DNA of 64,000 nt from Candidatus Dojkabacteria bacterium (GTDB lineage Bacteria; Patescibacteriota; Dojkabacteria; J137): NCBI GenBank assembly GCA_030950485.1, contig JAUZRK010000001.1, forward strand, positions 39,998 to 103,997, written 5' to 3'. Shown one piece after another: positions 9,626 through 19,281 of the stretch; the first letter of the stretch is position 1; every line of letters starts with the position of its first letter. The position numbers were made by a program, and so were the translations under genes. The notes under the pieces are model-generated. The model made no database searches and had not been told where the DNA came from. It saw only the letters and a list, made by a program, of their open reading frames with translations.

Positions 9626-11452
9626 TTATCTAGTAACCTGATAGCTCTGCACTCTTTCCAATAACTCTTTTGCTTCATTATTATTAGTAAAATGAGCCCT
9701 TACTGGCGTTAGCAATTTATTTAAATACTTAATTACTGCAAGTTTTAGATCAAGTGGGAATAATACACCTTTCCTAAATGATTCCTCTAGTTCTTGATAA
9801 GTATTGTATGAGACATCTCCTCCAAATTTATCTTCTCTTTCTACTTTAAATACTCCATCCTCTAATAGTGATTCTTGTAATTTAAGATGGTGTGCTTCAA
9901 AAATAATTTGTTTACAGTATCCAAGAATTGGATTATCAGATATTTCTTCAGGCGGACAATAAGCTGCCATTATCTTTCTTTTTACATCTTCTTCTGAATC
10001 AGTCATAAAGATAGCAGTATCAGGCTTTGACTTAGACATTTTTTGAGAAATCTTAGCTGCCTCTGGGTCTTCATGGTACCTAACTTCTATCTCTGGTAAA
10101 TTATCCTCTTTATTTCTACCTACAAACTTAAAATCTACACCAAATTTAGTAACCGAATCATTCTCAATCAAACTAATAAGTTCTAATCTTCCTTTCCCAA
10201 TAGAAGAAACATTAAACTGAATTCCCTCTTCATTGCCTTGACCAAATTCAATATGATACTGAGATGAACCTAGTCTTAATTCTTGCCTCCCTTCTTTTAG
10301 CTTTATTAGCTTAATACTCTTTTGCATTGGCTTTTGCAACCCTTGAAGCATTCCATGACTAACAACAACAGGCTTCCAGTAGCCTACACTTGGACCAACT
10401 TCTCTTGCAAGCATGTTAACTTTTCTCTGATCCATTCCAAGCTCTGTAACTTGACACTTCATGACATGAAAAATATCAGTAGTCTGCATACAAGGATAGA
10501 TAATTTGAGCTCCCGAAAGATCATCATCTTCAGATCTACCCATTATCTCTGTTGTTCTTAGAATTCGTTTTAGTGTTGCAGATTTAGAAACCTTCATAAC
10601 TATTTCCCAATACTTAGGATCTTTAATTACATCACTAGTCCAAATAAATTCAGTATTATCTAAATCCATCCCTGATGCTTTCCAGATTTCAATAAAATAT
10701 TTACCGACATCTTTTATTTTTTCAAGATCTCCTCCCATCTTATTGTTTAAATATCCAAACCAATCTGCAACATACATCCTAAATGTAAAGCCAGCCTTAA
10801 TCATTTTATTCGTGTTTATAGCTCTAATGATTCCCTGAGCAATATGCATTTGTCCAGAAGGCTCAAATCCATCATAAGTATATAGATCTTCGCCAGAGGT
10901 CAAAATTCCAGCTAATTGATCTTCACCTATAACTTCTCCTCCAGTTTCTTCAGATCCTACAGACATAATTAAGTCTATTCTCTCTTGTAATTTAGGTGTA
11001 ATCTCAATCTCTTGGTACTGATTAAAAGCTCCAATATAGAAACTTTCTTTAGTTGCATCTAATATACTTTTACCTATTGCATCATCAATACTCATTTCTA
11101 ATTCACTTCCTTCAATCACTCTAATCCTAGTATGATCTTCACTTGTACCTATTTCATCTTCAGCTAATATCATTCCTTCAGAATCAACTCCCCTTAATGG
11201 TCTCTTTTCTAATTTAATTTCTTTCCCTTCTTTAAATAAGAATCCAGGAACTACCTCGCCAACACCTAAAAATGGTACTAGATCACCTGGTTTAAAATTA
11301 GAAGCACCTGTAACAATCTGAAATTCTTTATCTCCATCAGTTATTTGAACAACTAGCAATCTATCTGCATTTTCATGCTTCTCTACTGATAAAACTTTTG
11401 CGATTTTTATTTTTTCTAAGAGTTCTGTAATTCTTTCTTTTCTAAATTTCAT
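9626..11452 (-). CDS. tyrS: Tyrosyl-tRNA synthetase, archaeal/eukaryotic type, with N-terminal tRNA-binding OB domain
   Basis: YDGFEPSGQMHIAQG, YPCMQ, GMDQRKVN and KMSKS motifs; N-terminus VEKHENADRLL...LRGVDSEGMILA is Trbp111/PheT-like. Confidence 0.93.
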   Translation of the reverse strand: MKFRKERITELLEKIKIAKVLSVEKHENADRLLVVQITDGDKEFQIVTGASNFKPGDLVPFLGVGEVVPGFLFKEGKEIKLEKRPLRGVDSEGMILAEDEIGTSEDHTRIRVIEGSELEMSIDDAIGKSILDATKESFYIGAFNQYQEIEITPKLQERIDLIMSVGSEETGGEVIGEDQLAGILTSGEDLYTYDGFEPSGQMHIAQGIIRAINTNKMIKAGFTFRMYVADWFGYLNNKMGGDLEKIKDVGKYFIEIWKASGMDLDNTEFIWTSDVIKDPKYWEIVMKVSKSATLKRILRTTEIMGRSEDDDLSGAQIIYPCMQTTDIFHVMKCQVTELGMDQRKVNMLAREVGPSVGYWKPVVVSHGMLQGLQKPMQKSIKLIKLKEGRQELRLGSSQYHIEFGQGNEEGIQFNVSSIGKGRLELISLIENDSVTKFGVDFKFVGRNKEDNLPEIEVRYHEDPEAAKISQKMSKSKPDTAIFMTDSEEDVKRKIMAAYCPPEEISDNPILGYCKQIIFEAHHLKLQESLLEDGVFKVEREDKFGGDVSYNTYQELEESFRKGVLFPLDLKLAVIKYLNKLLTPVRAHFTNNNEAKELLERVQSYQVTR

Positions 11453-11476
11453 TTTTAATGAGTTAATATAAATAAT

Positions 11477-11518
11477 AAAAAAATCCCTACTGGGATTTCA
11501 AAAATTCGTAAGTATCCC
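11477..11518 (-). terminator. tyrS attenuator terminator with a short antiterminator strand
   Basis: AAATCCC-AGTA-GGGATTTTTTT; the upstream GGGAT (11514-11518) can pair with the ATCCC 5' arm. Confidence 0.75.
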
Positions 11519-11522
11519 GGAC

Positions 11523-11579
11523 TTAATAAAGATAAGACATGTAATAATATGTATTTGAAAATGTTTTAATATTCAACAT
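11523..11579 (-). CDS. Tyr-rich leader peptide MLNIKTFSNTYYYMSYLY
   Basis: 5 Tyr in the last 8 codons, directly upstream of a terminator and tyrS; GATAAT lies 6 nt before the ATG. Confidence 0.85.
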   Translation of the reverse strand: MLNIKTFSNTYYYMSYLY

Positions 11580-11610
11580 GACTTGATTATCGCATAATTT
11601 ACAGAAATTA

Positions 11611-12753
11611 TTAACTCTCTTTATTCATTAATAGAATAATTTTCTGACAGTTTCTCTTGCTAATATCCAGGTCTTTGTACTTTTCAATAATTTCTACTAC
11701 TTCATTTCTAATTTCTTCCGGAATTCTTTTTAGCATGCTAGCCATTTCTACTTCCATTTGCTGCCTAATTTGTTGAGCTATTATTCCTCCAGCCTCAGAA
11801 GCATTAGAATAATCATTTTCAGGTTCTTGAACCCAGCCGATAACTTCAGCCCTTCGAAATTTCCTTCGGATAGAATAATCTTGAATTAATCCGCTATATC
11901 TAAGCTGATGAGTAGCTATCTCTACACCTAACGACATGTTTTGCGCTATTAGATTTAAAATCTCAGCAACTGTAGCTTCAGATAAACCTCTCATCTGAGT
12001 TATATTAACCAATTCATCAATTAGAACTGGATGTTCATCTAATACACTTACTCGAGCTAAATCATCTAAAGTTCTTTTAGCCAATCTAGATTTTGTTGAC
12101 CGAATAGATATTTCTCTTGCTCTAATAAACATATCATCTTCTCCTTCTACTTTCCTAGAGATAAACTTATACAAGCTACTCTCTATAATCCCTAGCTTCT
12201 TAGCTACCATTTGTACAGACATATCTAAGAGTAAGAATTCTAATATTTGATCATTATATTCATCAAACTGACTTTTTCCTTTCCTTGCAGCAGCGCTTCT
12301 CTCCGCTGCTTTCCTCCTACTCTCAGGCTTTGCTAATGTCCGTTTTGTAATAACATCATTTCTATCATCTATTTGTACTTGAGTAGCAAAGTTATGAGTT
12401 TTAATAATAGAATTTTGAATCTCATACATAATCGTATAAACGGCAGCTGTGAATAAATTATCACTATATGCAGGATTCATAGTAGCGTTTAATTCATCTA
12501 TAACCTTCTGTATATAATCTGGAGCATCAGTTATCAATAGAATTTGTTCTAATTTTGCTGAACTATTAGAACCTTCAGGATCTATAAAATACAGTAAGAC
12601 ATTCTTGATTCTTTCAAAATTATCACTTTGATCATCTAGAATTATTGTATTCCAGACATCTTCTGAAATATCTCTATTAGATACAATCTCTTTTACAATT
12701 CCAACTGAGGACTCTCGTGCCCTATCCCAAGCAAATTTTTCATTTGACTGCAT
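11611..12753 (-). CDS. Hypothetical protein with possible HTH
   Basis: 380 aa ORF; MSVQMVAKKLGIIESSLYKFI is HTH-like. Confidence 0.6.
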   Translation of the reverse strand: MQSNEKFAWDRARESSVGIVKEIVSNRDISEDVWNTIILDDQSDNFERIKNVLLYFIDPEGSNSSAKLEQILLITDAPDYIQKVIDELNATMNPAYSDNLFTAAVYTIMYEIQNSIIKTHNFATQVQIDDRNDVITKRTLAKPESRRKAAERSAAARKGKSQFDEYNDQILEFLLLDMSVQMVAKKLGIIESSLYKFISRKVEGEDDMFIRAREISIRSTKSRLAKRTLDDLARVSVLDEHPVLIDELVNITQMRGLSEATVAEILNLIAQNMSLGVEIATHQLRYSGLIQDYSIRRKFRRAEVIGWVQEPENDYSNASEAGGIIAQQIRQQMEVEMASMLKRIPEEIRNEVVEIIEKYKDLDISKRNCQKIILLMNKES

Positions 12754-12865
12754 TCCCTTTTATCTTCATTAATTGTACTGCTATTACTCATAATGAAGGA
12801 TTATAGTATCCTCTTTAAAATGCCTTGATTTACTTCCGTTAACTAGTCTGCTATTATTAACCCCG

Positions 12866-13153
12866 ATGAAGAAAGAAGACAAAATCGAATCAGAAAAAAA
12901 GGTTGTAGCAGAAGGAGAAGTAAAAGAAATTTTACCTGGATTAAAATATCTAGTTGAGGTTGATTTTAAAGGTATCAAACATAAAGTTATCTGCTATGTA
13001 TCAGGAAAAATGAGAACTCATTATATCCAATTAGCATTAGGAGATTTAGTTAGAGTTGAAATTCCTCTATCAGATATAGATAAAGGAAGAATAGTTTACA
13101 GAATAACAAATAAAAACCCCCGAAGTGCCCCTCCAAGAAGACCTAAGAAATAA
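12866..13153 (+). CDS. infA: Translation initiation factor IF-1
   Basis: EGEVKEILPG...SGKMR.HYI..GDLV.VE...KGRIVYR. Confidence 0.95.
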   Translation: MKKEDKIESEKKVVAEGEVKEILPGLKYLVEVDFKGIKHKVICYVSGKMRTHYIQLALGDLVRVEIPLSDIDKGRIVYRITNKNPRSAPPRRPKK

Positions 13154-13254
13154 TTAGTAGCTTTACTAATATATTAAATTCAAACTTATACTCCCCCATT
13201 AAATTGCATAATACACGCTTTTAGCCATATAATGCATTCAGATTAATTATAAAC

Positions 13255-13914
13255 ATGGGACTACTTAGCTATAAAAACAAGACTAGTTTGAAGAATCGAA
13301 TACTAAACAACGCCAAATTTAATAAAGTCATATTCTATTTAACATTTTCAGATATTTTTAACTGGGGAGCTATTGATGTAATTAATAGTTTAGTTGGTAT
13401 ATTTATCGCAGAAAAGTTCGGAGATAGTGCTATTGAATATGTTGGTATTGGTTTTGCAATAATAAATATAACTAAAGCTTCACTTCAAATCCCTATTGGA
13501 TTATTGGTAGATAAAATAGCAGGAAATAAAGATGAAATAGTATTTTTAATATTTGGAAGTATTTTTATAGGTATCCCCTTCTTACTATATCCATTAATCA
13601 CAACAAAATATCAGTTTTTCATACTTCAAGCTTGTATTGGAGTCGGAATGTCACTTAATCTTATAAGTTGGCGTAAACTATTTGCCTTAAATCTCGATAA
13701 AGGAAATGAGGGGATAGAATATGGAGTCTACGATACAATTTATAGTATTTCAGTTGCCCTTTTAAGTTTTATTGCTGGAATGGTAGCTGGAATAAACAAT
13801 ACATTTTTCAATACAACTGTTGTGACATTTGGTATTATTGTAATATTAAGTTCCCTTTGGGCAATTCTAATTGCCAAGGAGTTAAAAAAACATAGCATAA
13901 ACCATAAACTATAA
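13255..13914 (+). CDS. Half-size MFS-type membrane protein
   Basis: About 6 hydrophobic segments; IGLLVDKIAG resembles MFS motif A. Confidence 0.7.
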   Translation: MGLLSYKNKTSLKNRILNNAKFNKVIFYLTFSDIFNWGAIDVINSLVGIFIAEKFGDSAIEYVGIGFAIINITKASLQIPIGLLVDKIAGNKDEIVFLIFGSIFIGIPFLLYPLITTKYQFFILQACIGVGMSLNLISWRKLFALNLDKGNEGIEYGVYDTIYSISVALLSFIAGMVAGINNTFFNTTVVTFGIIVILSSLWAILIAKELKKHSINHKL

Positions 13915-14480
13915 TGAAAATCTATTATTCATCTTCAACAGCAAATTTTATCAGTAACGAGACTGAACTTAAGGAGATCCAAAAAAATATAGAGGGAAGA
14001 AATCATGAGGTAATGAATAGCTGGCTTATAAAAAAATTACATAAGGAGAAAAATAAGCTTAGTTCTAAAGAAAGATTGAAGGAGAATAAAAAAATGATAC
14101 TTAATTCAGATGCTATGGTTCTAGAAGTAACTACACCATCAATAGGTATCGGATATGTATTTGGATACGCACTTGCACATAGAAAGCCGATACTCTGTCT
14201 TTATAAAGATAAATTTAATGATGAAGAAATATCTGAAGTAATCAAAGGTGAATCTTCTTCATTAATTTTCTTAAAAAACTATAATAACGAGAGTATAGGA
14301 AACATATTAGATAAATTTTTCGAAAATTTGGAACTACATAAACTTCAAAAGTTTAATTTCGTAGCATCAAAAGAGATAGTAGACTTTATTAAACAAGGTG
14401 CAGAAAAAGAAAGAAAGTCAGCTTCTGAATTTCTAAGAGACCTTATAGCAGATAATTTCATAAGACAAATAAATTCTTGA
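13914..14480 (+). CDS. Nucleoside 2-deoxyribosyltransferase-like protein with possible C-terminal ribbon-helix-helix
   Basis: SDAMVLEVTTPSIGIGY...KPILCL; C-terminus KFNFV...SASEFLRDLI. Confidence 0.6.
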   Translation: MKIYYSSSTANFISNETELKEIQKNIEGRNHEVMNSWLIKKLHKEKNKLSSKERLKENKKMILNSDAMVLEVTTPSIGIGYVFGYALAHRKPILCLYKDKFNDEEISEVIKGESSSLIFLKNYNNESIGNILDKFFENLELHKLQKFNFVASKEIVDFIKQGAEKERKSASEFLRDLIADNFIRQINS

Positions 14481-14731
14481 TAATGCAAACAGCTATTTAT
14501 ATAATCTTTTTATAGATGGCGCAATGGCGTAATATGAAAATAGATTAAAATACATTCAACTTTGCATTAATAAGCTAGAGGAACAGTTACAAATATTTGA
14601 AATAAATCCTTCAGATCTTACACTTGACTGGAGTAAATACGTAATTCTTGAAGAAAAACTTGAAATGTTAAAGAAAGAAGAAAGAGAGTTAACAAGACAT
14701 AACCGTTATCTAAGTATTAATAGTATCTCCG

Positions 14732-14941
14732 ATGGCAAAAGCTGATGATCTTATGCAAATACTTCTTCAAGATACTACTTCTACTGAAGTAGAAACTTTT
14801 ATCAAAGAAATTCGAACTGAGGGTGAAGTAACTTATACTCCGGATATGCTTAGAATCTATATGGCTGTAACAGGTAGAGAATTCATCAGTGAGGAACATG
14901 CAGACCCAGAGGGTGAAATTCAGGCTATACTCGAAGCTTAG
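14732..14941 (+). CDS. Small hypothetical protein
   Basis: 69 aa ORF with host-like codon usage. Confidence 0.5.
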   Translation: MAKADDLMQILLQDTTSTEVETFIKEIRTEGEVTYTPDMLRIYMAVTGREFISEEHADPEGEIQAILEA

Positions 14942-14973
14942 TTCAATTTATTTAACTATTAATTTTATACTTA

Positions 14974-15231
14974 ATGGCAACAGGAACAAGCTTAAATCTA
15001 CACGAAGAGATTGAGTCATATAAAATTCAATTATCTACTTATGATGAAAAAATCTTAGAGGAATGGCAAAGATTAGATAGTGCAAGGGATGCAGCTTGGA
15101 ATGCAAATGGCGAGTATATATTAGCAAGAATGGAGAAAATTAGACCAGAAGTAGAAAGAATACAAGCTGAAGTAAACTACGCTTTTAATAACAGTAATCC
15201 CGTAGATGACTCTCTAGAGTTAGAATCTTAA
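14974..15231 (+). CDS. Small hypothetical protein
   Basis: 85 aa ORF, acidic and likely helical. Confidence 0.5.
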   Translation: MATGTSLNLHEEIESYKIQLSTYDEKILEEWQRLDSARDAAWNANGEYILARMEKIRPEVERIQAEVNYAFNNSNPVDDSLELES

Positions 15232-15270
15232 AAGTACTGCATAAAGTCTATATTCATAGTAAAATCTACT

Positions 15271-16272
15271 ATGTCTCAAATACAAGATAGAAAAAAAGAT
15301 CACATAAACATTGTCTTAAACAAAGATGTAGAACCAAACGACTCAAGTTTTACAAAATATAGACTTCCGTATAAATCATTTCCAGAAATAGACTTTGAAA
15401 AGATAGATACGACTGTTGATCTATTTGATAAAAAACTTTCTTTTCCATTCATAATTTCTTCAATGACTGGTGGAGAAAAACTAGGAACGGTAATAAATAA
15501 AAATATTGCAATTGCAGCTGAAAAGGCAGGAGTAGCTTTTGGGCTAGGTTCAATGAGGGTGATACTAAGAAAACCAGAATCTTTAAAGACATTTAATGTT
15601 CGTAAAGACTGCCCTACTATCCCAATGTATGCAAATTTTGGTGTAGTTCAATTAAATTATGGCTATGGGGCTGATGATATAAATAAAATTATAGATTTAG
15701 TTGAAGCAGATGGAATTTTTTTACATGTAAATCCAATACAAGAAATTATCCAACCTGAAGGAGATAAAAACTGGGAAGGTTTATTATTAAAACTTTCTAA
15801 AATCATACCTAAAATCAAAGGAAATGTAATTTTAAAAGAAACTGGTCATGGAATTGATTTTGCCTCAGCAAAAAAATTAGCAGAAATGGGAGTTAAATGG
15901 ATTGATGTATCAGGTAGTGGTGGAACATCTTGGGCAAATGTAGAAGCTTATCGAAGAATTGATGACATCGGCCATCTTTTCAAAGCTGAAGGAATTCCAA
16001 CCGATGAACTGCTTAAATCGCATTCTAAGATAAAAGGCTTAAATTTAATCGCAGGAGGAGGAATTAGAAACGGTAAAGATGTAGCAAAATCTATAGCACT
16101 TGGTGCAAAAATAGCTACAGCAGCAAAGCCTCTTCTAGCAGACGCACTTAAAAGTGATGAAAAAGTTTTTGAGACATTACAAAAACTAAAAACAGAGCTT
16201 AAAATTGCTATGTTCATAACAGGAGCAAAAAATTTAAATGAGCTAAGTAAAATCAAACTAACAGAAGCATAA
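15271..16272 (+). CDS. fni: Type 2 isopentenyl-diphosphate delta-isomerase
   Basis: RKKDHI, SSMTGG, QEIIQPEGD, KETGHG and GSGGTSW motifs. Confidence 0.95.
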   Translation: MSQIQDRKKDHINIVLNKDVEPNDSSFTKYRLPYKSFPEIDFEKIDTTVDLFDKKLSFPFIISSMTGGEKLGTVINKNIAIAAEKAGVAFGLGSMRVILRKPESLKTFNVRKDCPTIPMYANFGVVQLNYGYGADDINKIIDLVEADGIFLHVNPIQEIIQPEGDKNWEGLLLKLSKIIPKIKGNVILKETGHGIDFASAKKLAEMGVKWIDVSGSGGTSWANVEAYRRIDDIGHLFKAEGIPTDELLKSHSKIKGLNLIAGGGIRNGKDVAKSIALGAKIATAAKPLLADALKSDEKVFETLQKLKTELKIAMFITGAKNLNELSKIKLTEA

Positions 16273-16373
16273 ACCATTTAAAACTAAAAGTATTGTCTAG
16301 ATATTGATTCATTTTAAAATTTTTCAGCTTTAAGCTTTCTATTCATACACCCCGCTATGTTAAAATATTCATC

Positions 16374-17432
16374 ATGAAAATTATTAAGTCTGATAGTAGT
16401 CAAACAATTAAAGAAGCTGTTAAAACCTTAAAAGCTGGTGGCATTTTAATATATCCTACCGAAACCTGTTATGGTGTTGGCGTAGATGCAACTAATATTG
16501 AAGCTGTAACAAATGTCTTAGAATATAAGAAACGTCCTGCTGGAAAACCAATATCAGTTGGTATATCTTCTCTAGAAATGGCAAAAGAATATGTTGAAAT
16601 AAATAAAAATGCGGAGAACATTTATAATGAGTTGCTACCCGGACCAATAACAGTTGTATCTAAATCACTAAAAAAAGTCGATGTTAGACTTGAGTCTGAA
16701 AATGGAAACTTAGGTATAAGATATTCTAGTAATAAATTGCTCCAGAAAATAATCAATGAGTTTGGAAAGCCAATAACAACAACATCTGCTAATACAAACG
16801 GTAAGAAAACACCCTACTCTGTTGATGATATTCTTAATAATATTAATGAAAAACAAAAAGAATTAATTGGTTTAATAATTGATTTTGGTGAATTACCAAA
16901 AAATAAGCCTTCAACGGTAATTGATACTACAACTGATAAACTTAAGACCTATAGGGGTGGTGACGTAAATATTAAAGAAGACTCTAGAAAAGTAACAACT
17001 AATAGCTACGAAGAAACAATTAAGCTTGGATCGGAGCTGATGTCAGAAAACATAAATTCACTTAAAGACACTGCTCTTCTATTTAAACTTAGCGGTGACT
17101 TAGGTGCTGGGAAAACCCACTTTGTTAAAGGTATAGCCAGAGCATTGGAAGTTGAGAAAAACATTAAGTCTCCTACTTATACCTATGTTTCAGAATATAA
17201 GCTTGAAAATAAAAATAAGTTATACCATCTAGATGCTTGGAGGCTTAAAAGTGCACTCGATGTAGAAGCATTAGAAATCGGATCCTGGTTTAAAAAAGGT
17301 AATGTTATTGCAATTGAGTGGCCTGGTGTATTGAAGCAATTAGAATTTGATTTCAAATCAAACAGTAAGATTATAGAAATTTTTATAACTGCGCCAACTA
17401 AAGAGAAAAGGAATTTCATAATCAATGACTAA
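16374..17432 (+). CDS. TsaC(YrdC/Sua5)-TsaE fusion, t6A biosynthesis
   Basis: N-terminal YPTETCYG, KKRP, TTTSAN; C-terminal GDLGAGKT, KSPTY, HLDAWRL, IEW. Confidence 0.9.
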   Translation: MKIIKSDSSQTIKEAVKTLKAGGILIYPTETCYGVGVDATNIEAVTNVLEYKKRPAGKPISVGISSLEMAKEYVEINKNAENIYNELLPGPITVVSKSLKKVDVRLESENGNLGIRYSSNKLLQKIINEFGKPITTTSANTNGKKTPYSVDDILNNINEKQKELIGLIIDFGELPKNKPSTVIDTTTDKLKTYRGGDVNIKEDSRKVTTNSYEETIKLGSELMSENINSLKDTALLFKLSGDLGAGKTHFVKGIARALEVEKNIKSPTYTYVSEYKLENKNKLYHLDAWRLKSALDVEALEIGSWFKKGNVIAIEWPGVLKQLEFDFKSNSKIIEIFITAPTKEKRNFIIND

Positions 17433-17491
17433 GCTTTTTGGTAGGCAGTATTCAATCTAATATGCTATAATATTATAGAATATTAAGTTCT

Positions 17492-18523
17492 ATGAGCTTA
17501 AAAAATAAACTACAAAATACAGCGCACGAAGTCTACTCCGAAGCCGAACTTAGGTTTTTCGGATTTTTCGACAAGAAAAAAAATGATTTCGACCAATTCA
17601 GAATACACCCTGAAAATTTCCTTGAACAAATAGGATCTGCAAGAGTAGAAATGTTAAGAAGTATACTTAAGAAGATTGGATTCAAGTTCAACGAAAACTT
17701 TGTAGTAGACCTAACAATGCCTGGTAATGTTGGTGGTTATTTTGCTCCTAGCGCTAACTTACTTGCAATAAATCCTTGGTTACTTTTAGAAGGTACGGAG
17801 AGGCAAATCGCACATGTGCTTTTTCACGAAGGTCTTCACGCAGGAATATATGGAGATCCAATAATGGAGGAAACCATTGTTGAAACTCTGACTATTAGTA
17901 AAATTGAAGATATTTACGGGAAAGATGGCTTCCCATCAGGCTATATGACATTAGTAAAGTCATTTGAAGAGAATTTTGGTAAAACTAGCTTTGAAGAGTT
18001 AAAAGAAAAAATCGAGGGTGGAGATGAAAAAACTTTAGATAATCTTTTACAAATGTTGGTAATAGATAGAGAGCTTAGTAATAACGAAATAGATAGATTA
18101 AGCTGGGATAGTATTAGTAAGAGGTTAAAAAACAAATGGTCACTTATAGAAAAATTATTTCCAAGAATTGTAAACTCTATTGCTGGAAATGGAAAAGATC
18201 TACACGAGTCAGGAGATCTTAGTTTCTCTGATTACAAATTAGAAGGTTTACTTAACAATGCAGCGGATGAAATACTAAGTGGAGGTAGAGGGATGTTATT
18301 GGATCTTTTACTTAAGGTAACAAACTTTGGGAAAGCAAATTTAAATAAGCTTGATATTATCGCAGGTCTTAAAGATGAAGGTTATGCATATCTGTATGAC
18401 TATGATGCAGCGTTAGTTGAGAGAATTATAAACATGTATATAACTCAGGTTATGGTTGTAATTTTCAATAATCCAGAGGTCGAAGTAACTACTAATAATA
18501 TAATTTTAAAAGGTATTGCTTAG
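17492..18523 (+). CDS. Putative HExxH zinc metalloprotease-domain protein
   Basis: HVLFHEGLH followed by EE. Confidence 0.6.
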   Translation: MSLKNKLQNTAHEVYSEAELRFFGFFDKKKNDFDQFRIHPENFLEQIGSARVEMLRSILKKIGFKFNENFVVDLTMPGNVGGYFAPSANLLAINPWLLLEGTERQIAHVLFHEGLHAGIYGDPIMEETIVETLTISKIEDIYGKDGFPSGYMTLVKSFEENFGKTSFEELKEKIEGGDEKTLDNLLQMLVIDRELSNNEIDRLSWDSISKRLKNKWSLIEKLFPRIVNSIAGNGKDLHESGDLSFSDYKLEGLLNNAADEILSGGRGMLLDLLLKVTNFGKANLNKLDIIAGLKDEGYAYLYDYDAALVERIINMYITQVMVVIFNNPEVEVTTNNIILKGIA

Positions 18524-19277
18524 GATGAAAGATGATCTTTGGGTTAAAAGTAAATACTACCAATACTCTAAAAGTGCTCCTCTGCTAATTTATCTATCAG
18601 GCTGGGATATTAAAATGTGGTACCAAAGACCTCTATTTCGACATGTCAGCAAAAAAGGCTTTAATGTTTTAGCTTTTTCATATTCTAGAGATATTCTTAA
18701 ACCTAATCCAGATCCAAAGAAGCATTTCGAAAGATTTAAAACTATTTATGATCAGATTAAGAAAATTAGTGATCAATATATTGCAGATTCAACAGATCTA
18801 AATATAATAGGATCAAGCGTAGGCTCGACTCTAGGATTTATTCTAGGTAGCGAGTATTCTGATAAAACCAAAAATGTTGTTTTAAACTTGTATACCTCAG
18901 ATTTCGTTGAGTCTTTGTGGAAATGGAAAAAGGATATGTATAAGTTATTATCGAAAGACTTTGCCAAGCATGTTGAGAATAAGGATATCTATCTTAGCAC
19001 TGGTAAAAGTATTGATGACGCAAGAAAAGATTGGATATTTATGAGGCTACAAACTCATGTTAATAAGTATAATCCGAACAAAACAAAATTCTTACTGTAC
19101 TCATCTTTAAAAGATAAAATTATTCCATTCGAGAAAAATGATCAATTGGAGGAATCTTTAAAATCTGGTAACTTTAACTACAAAAGAATTATTAACAAAC
19201 AATCTAGAGGACATTTAACTGCTGGGTTTATTAACTTAATTAAAACTAATCAGTGGATTGAATTTTTAAAATCCTAG
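18516..19277 (+). CDS. Alpha/beta hydrolase
   Basis: GSSVG nucleophile elbow, D(KII) and GH; true start probably the ATG a few codons in. Confidence 0.7.
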   Translation: MLRMKDDLWVKSKYYQYSKSAPLLIYLSGWDIKMWYQRPLFRHVSKKGFNVLAFSYSRDILKPNPDPKKHFERFKTIYDQIKKISDQYIADSTDLNIIGSSVGSTLGFILGSEYSDKTKNVVLNLYTSDFVESLWKWKKDMYKLLSKDFAKHVENKDIYLSTGKSIDDARKDWIFMRLQTHVNKYNPNKTKFLLYSSLKDKIIPFEKNDQLEESLKSGNFNYKRIINKQSRGHLTAGFINLIKTNQWIEFLKS

Positions 19278-19281
19278 ATTT

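Noticed and set aside
11453-11600. T-box riboswitch upstream of tyrS (and trpS)
   Set aside because: The leaders are too short and lack the TGGnACC T-box bulge; leader peptides explain them better.
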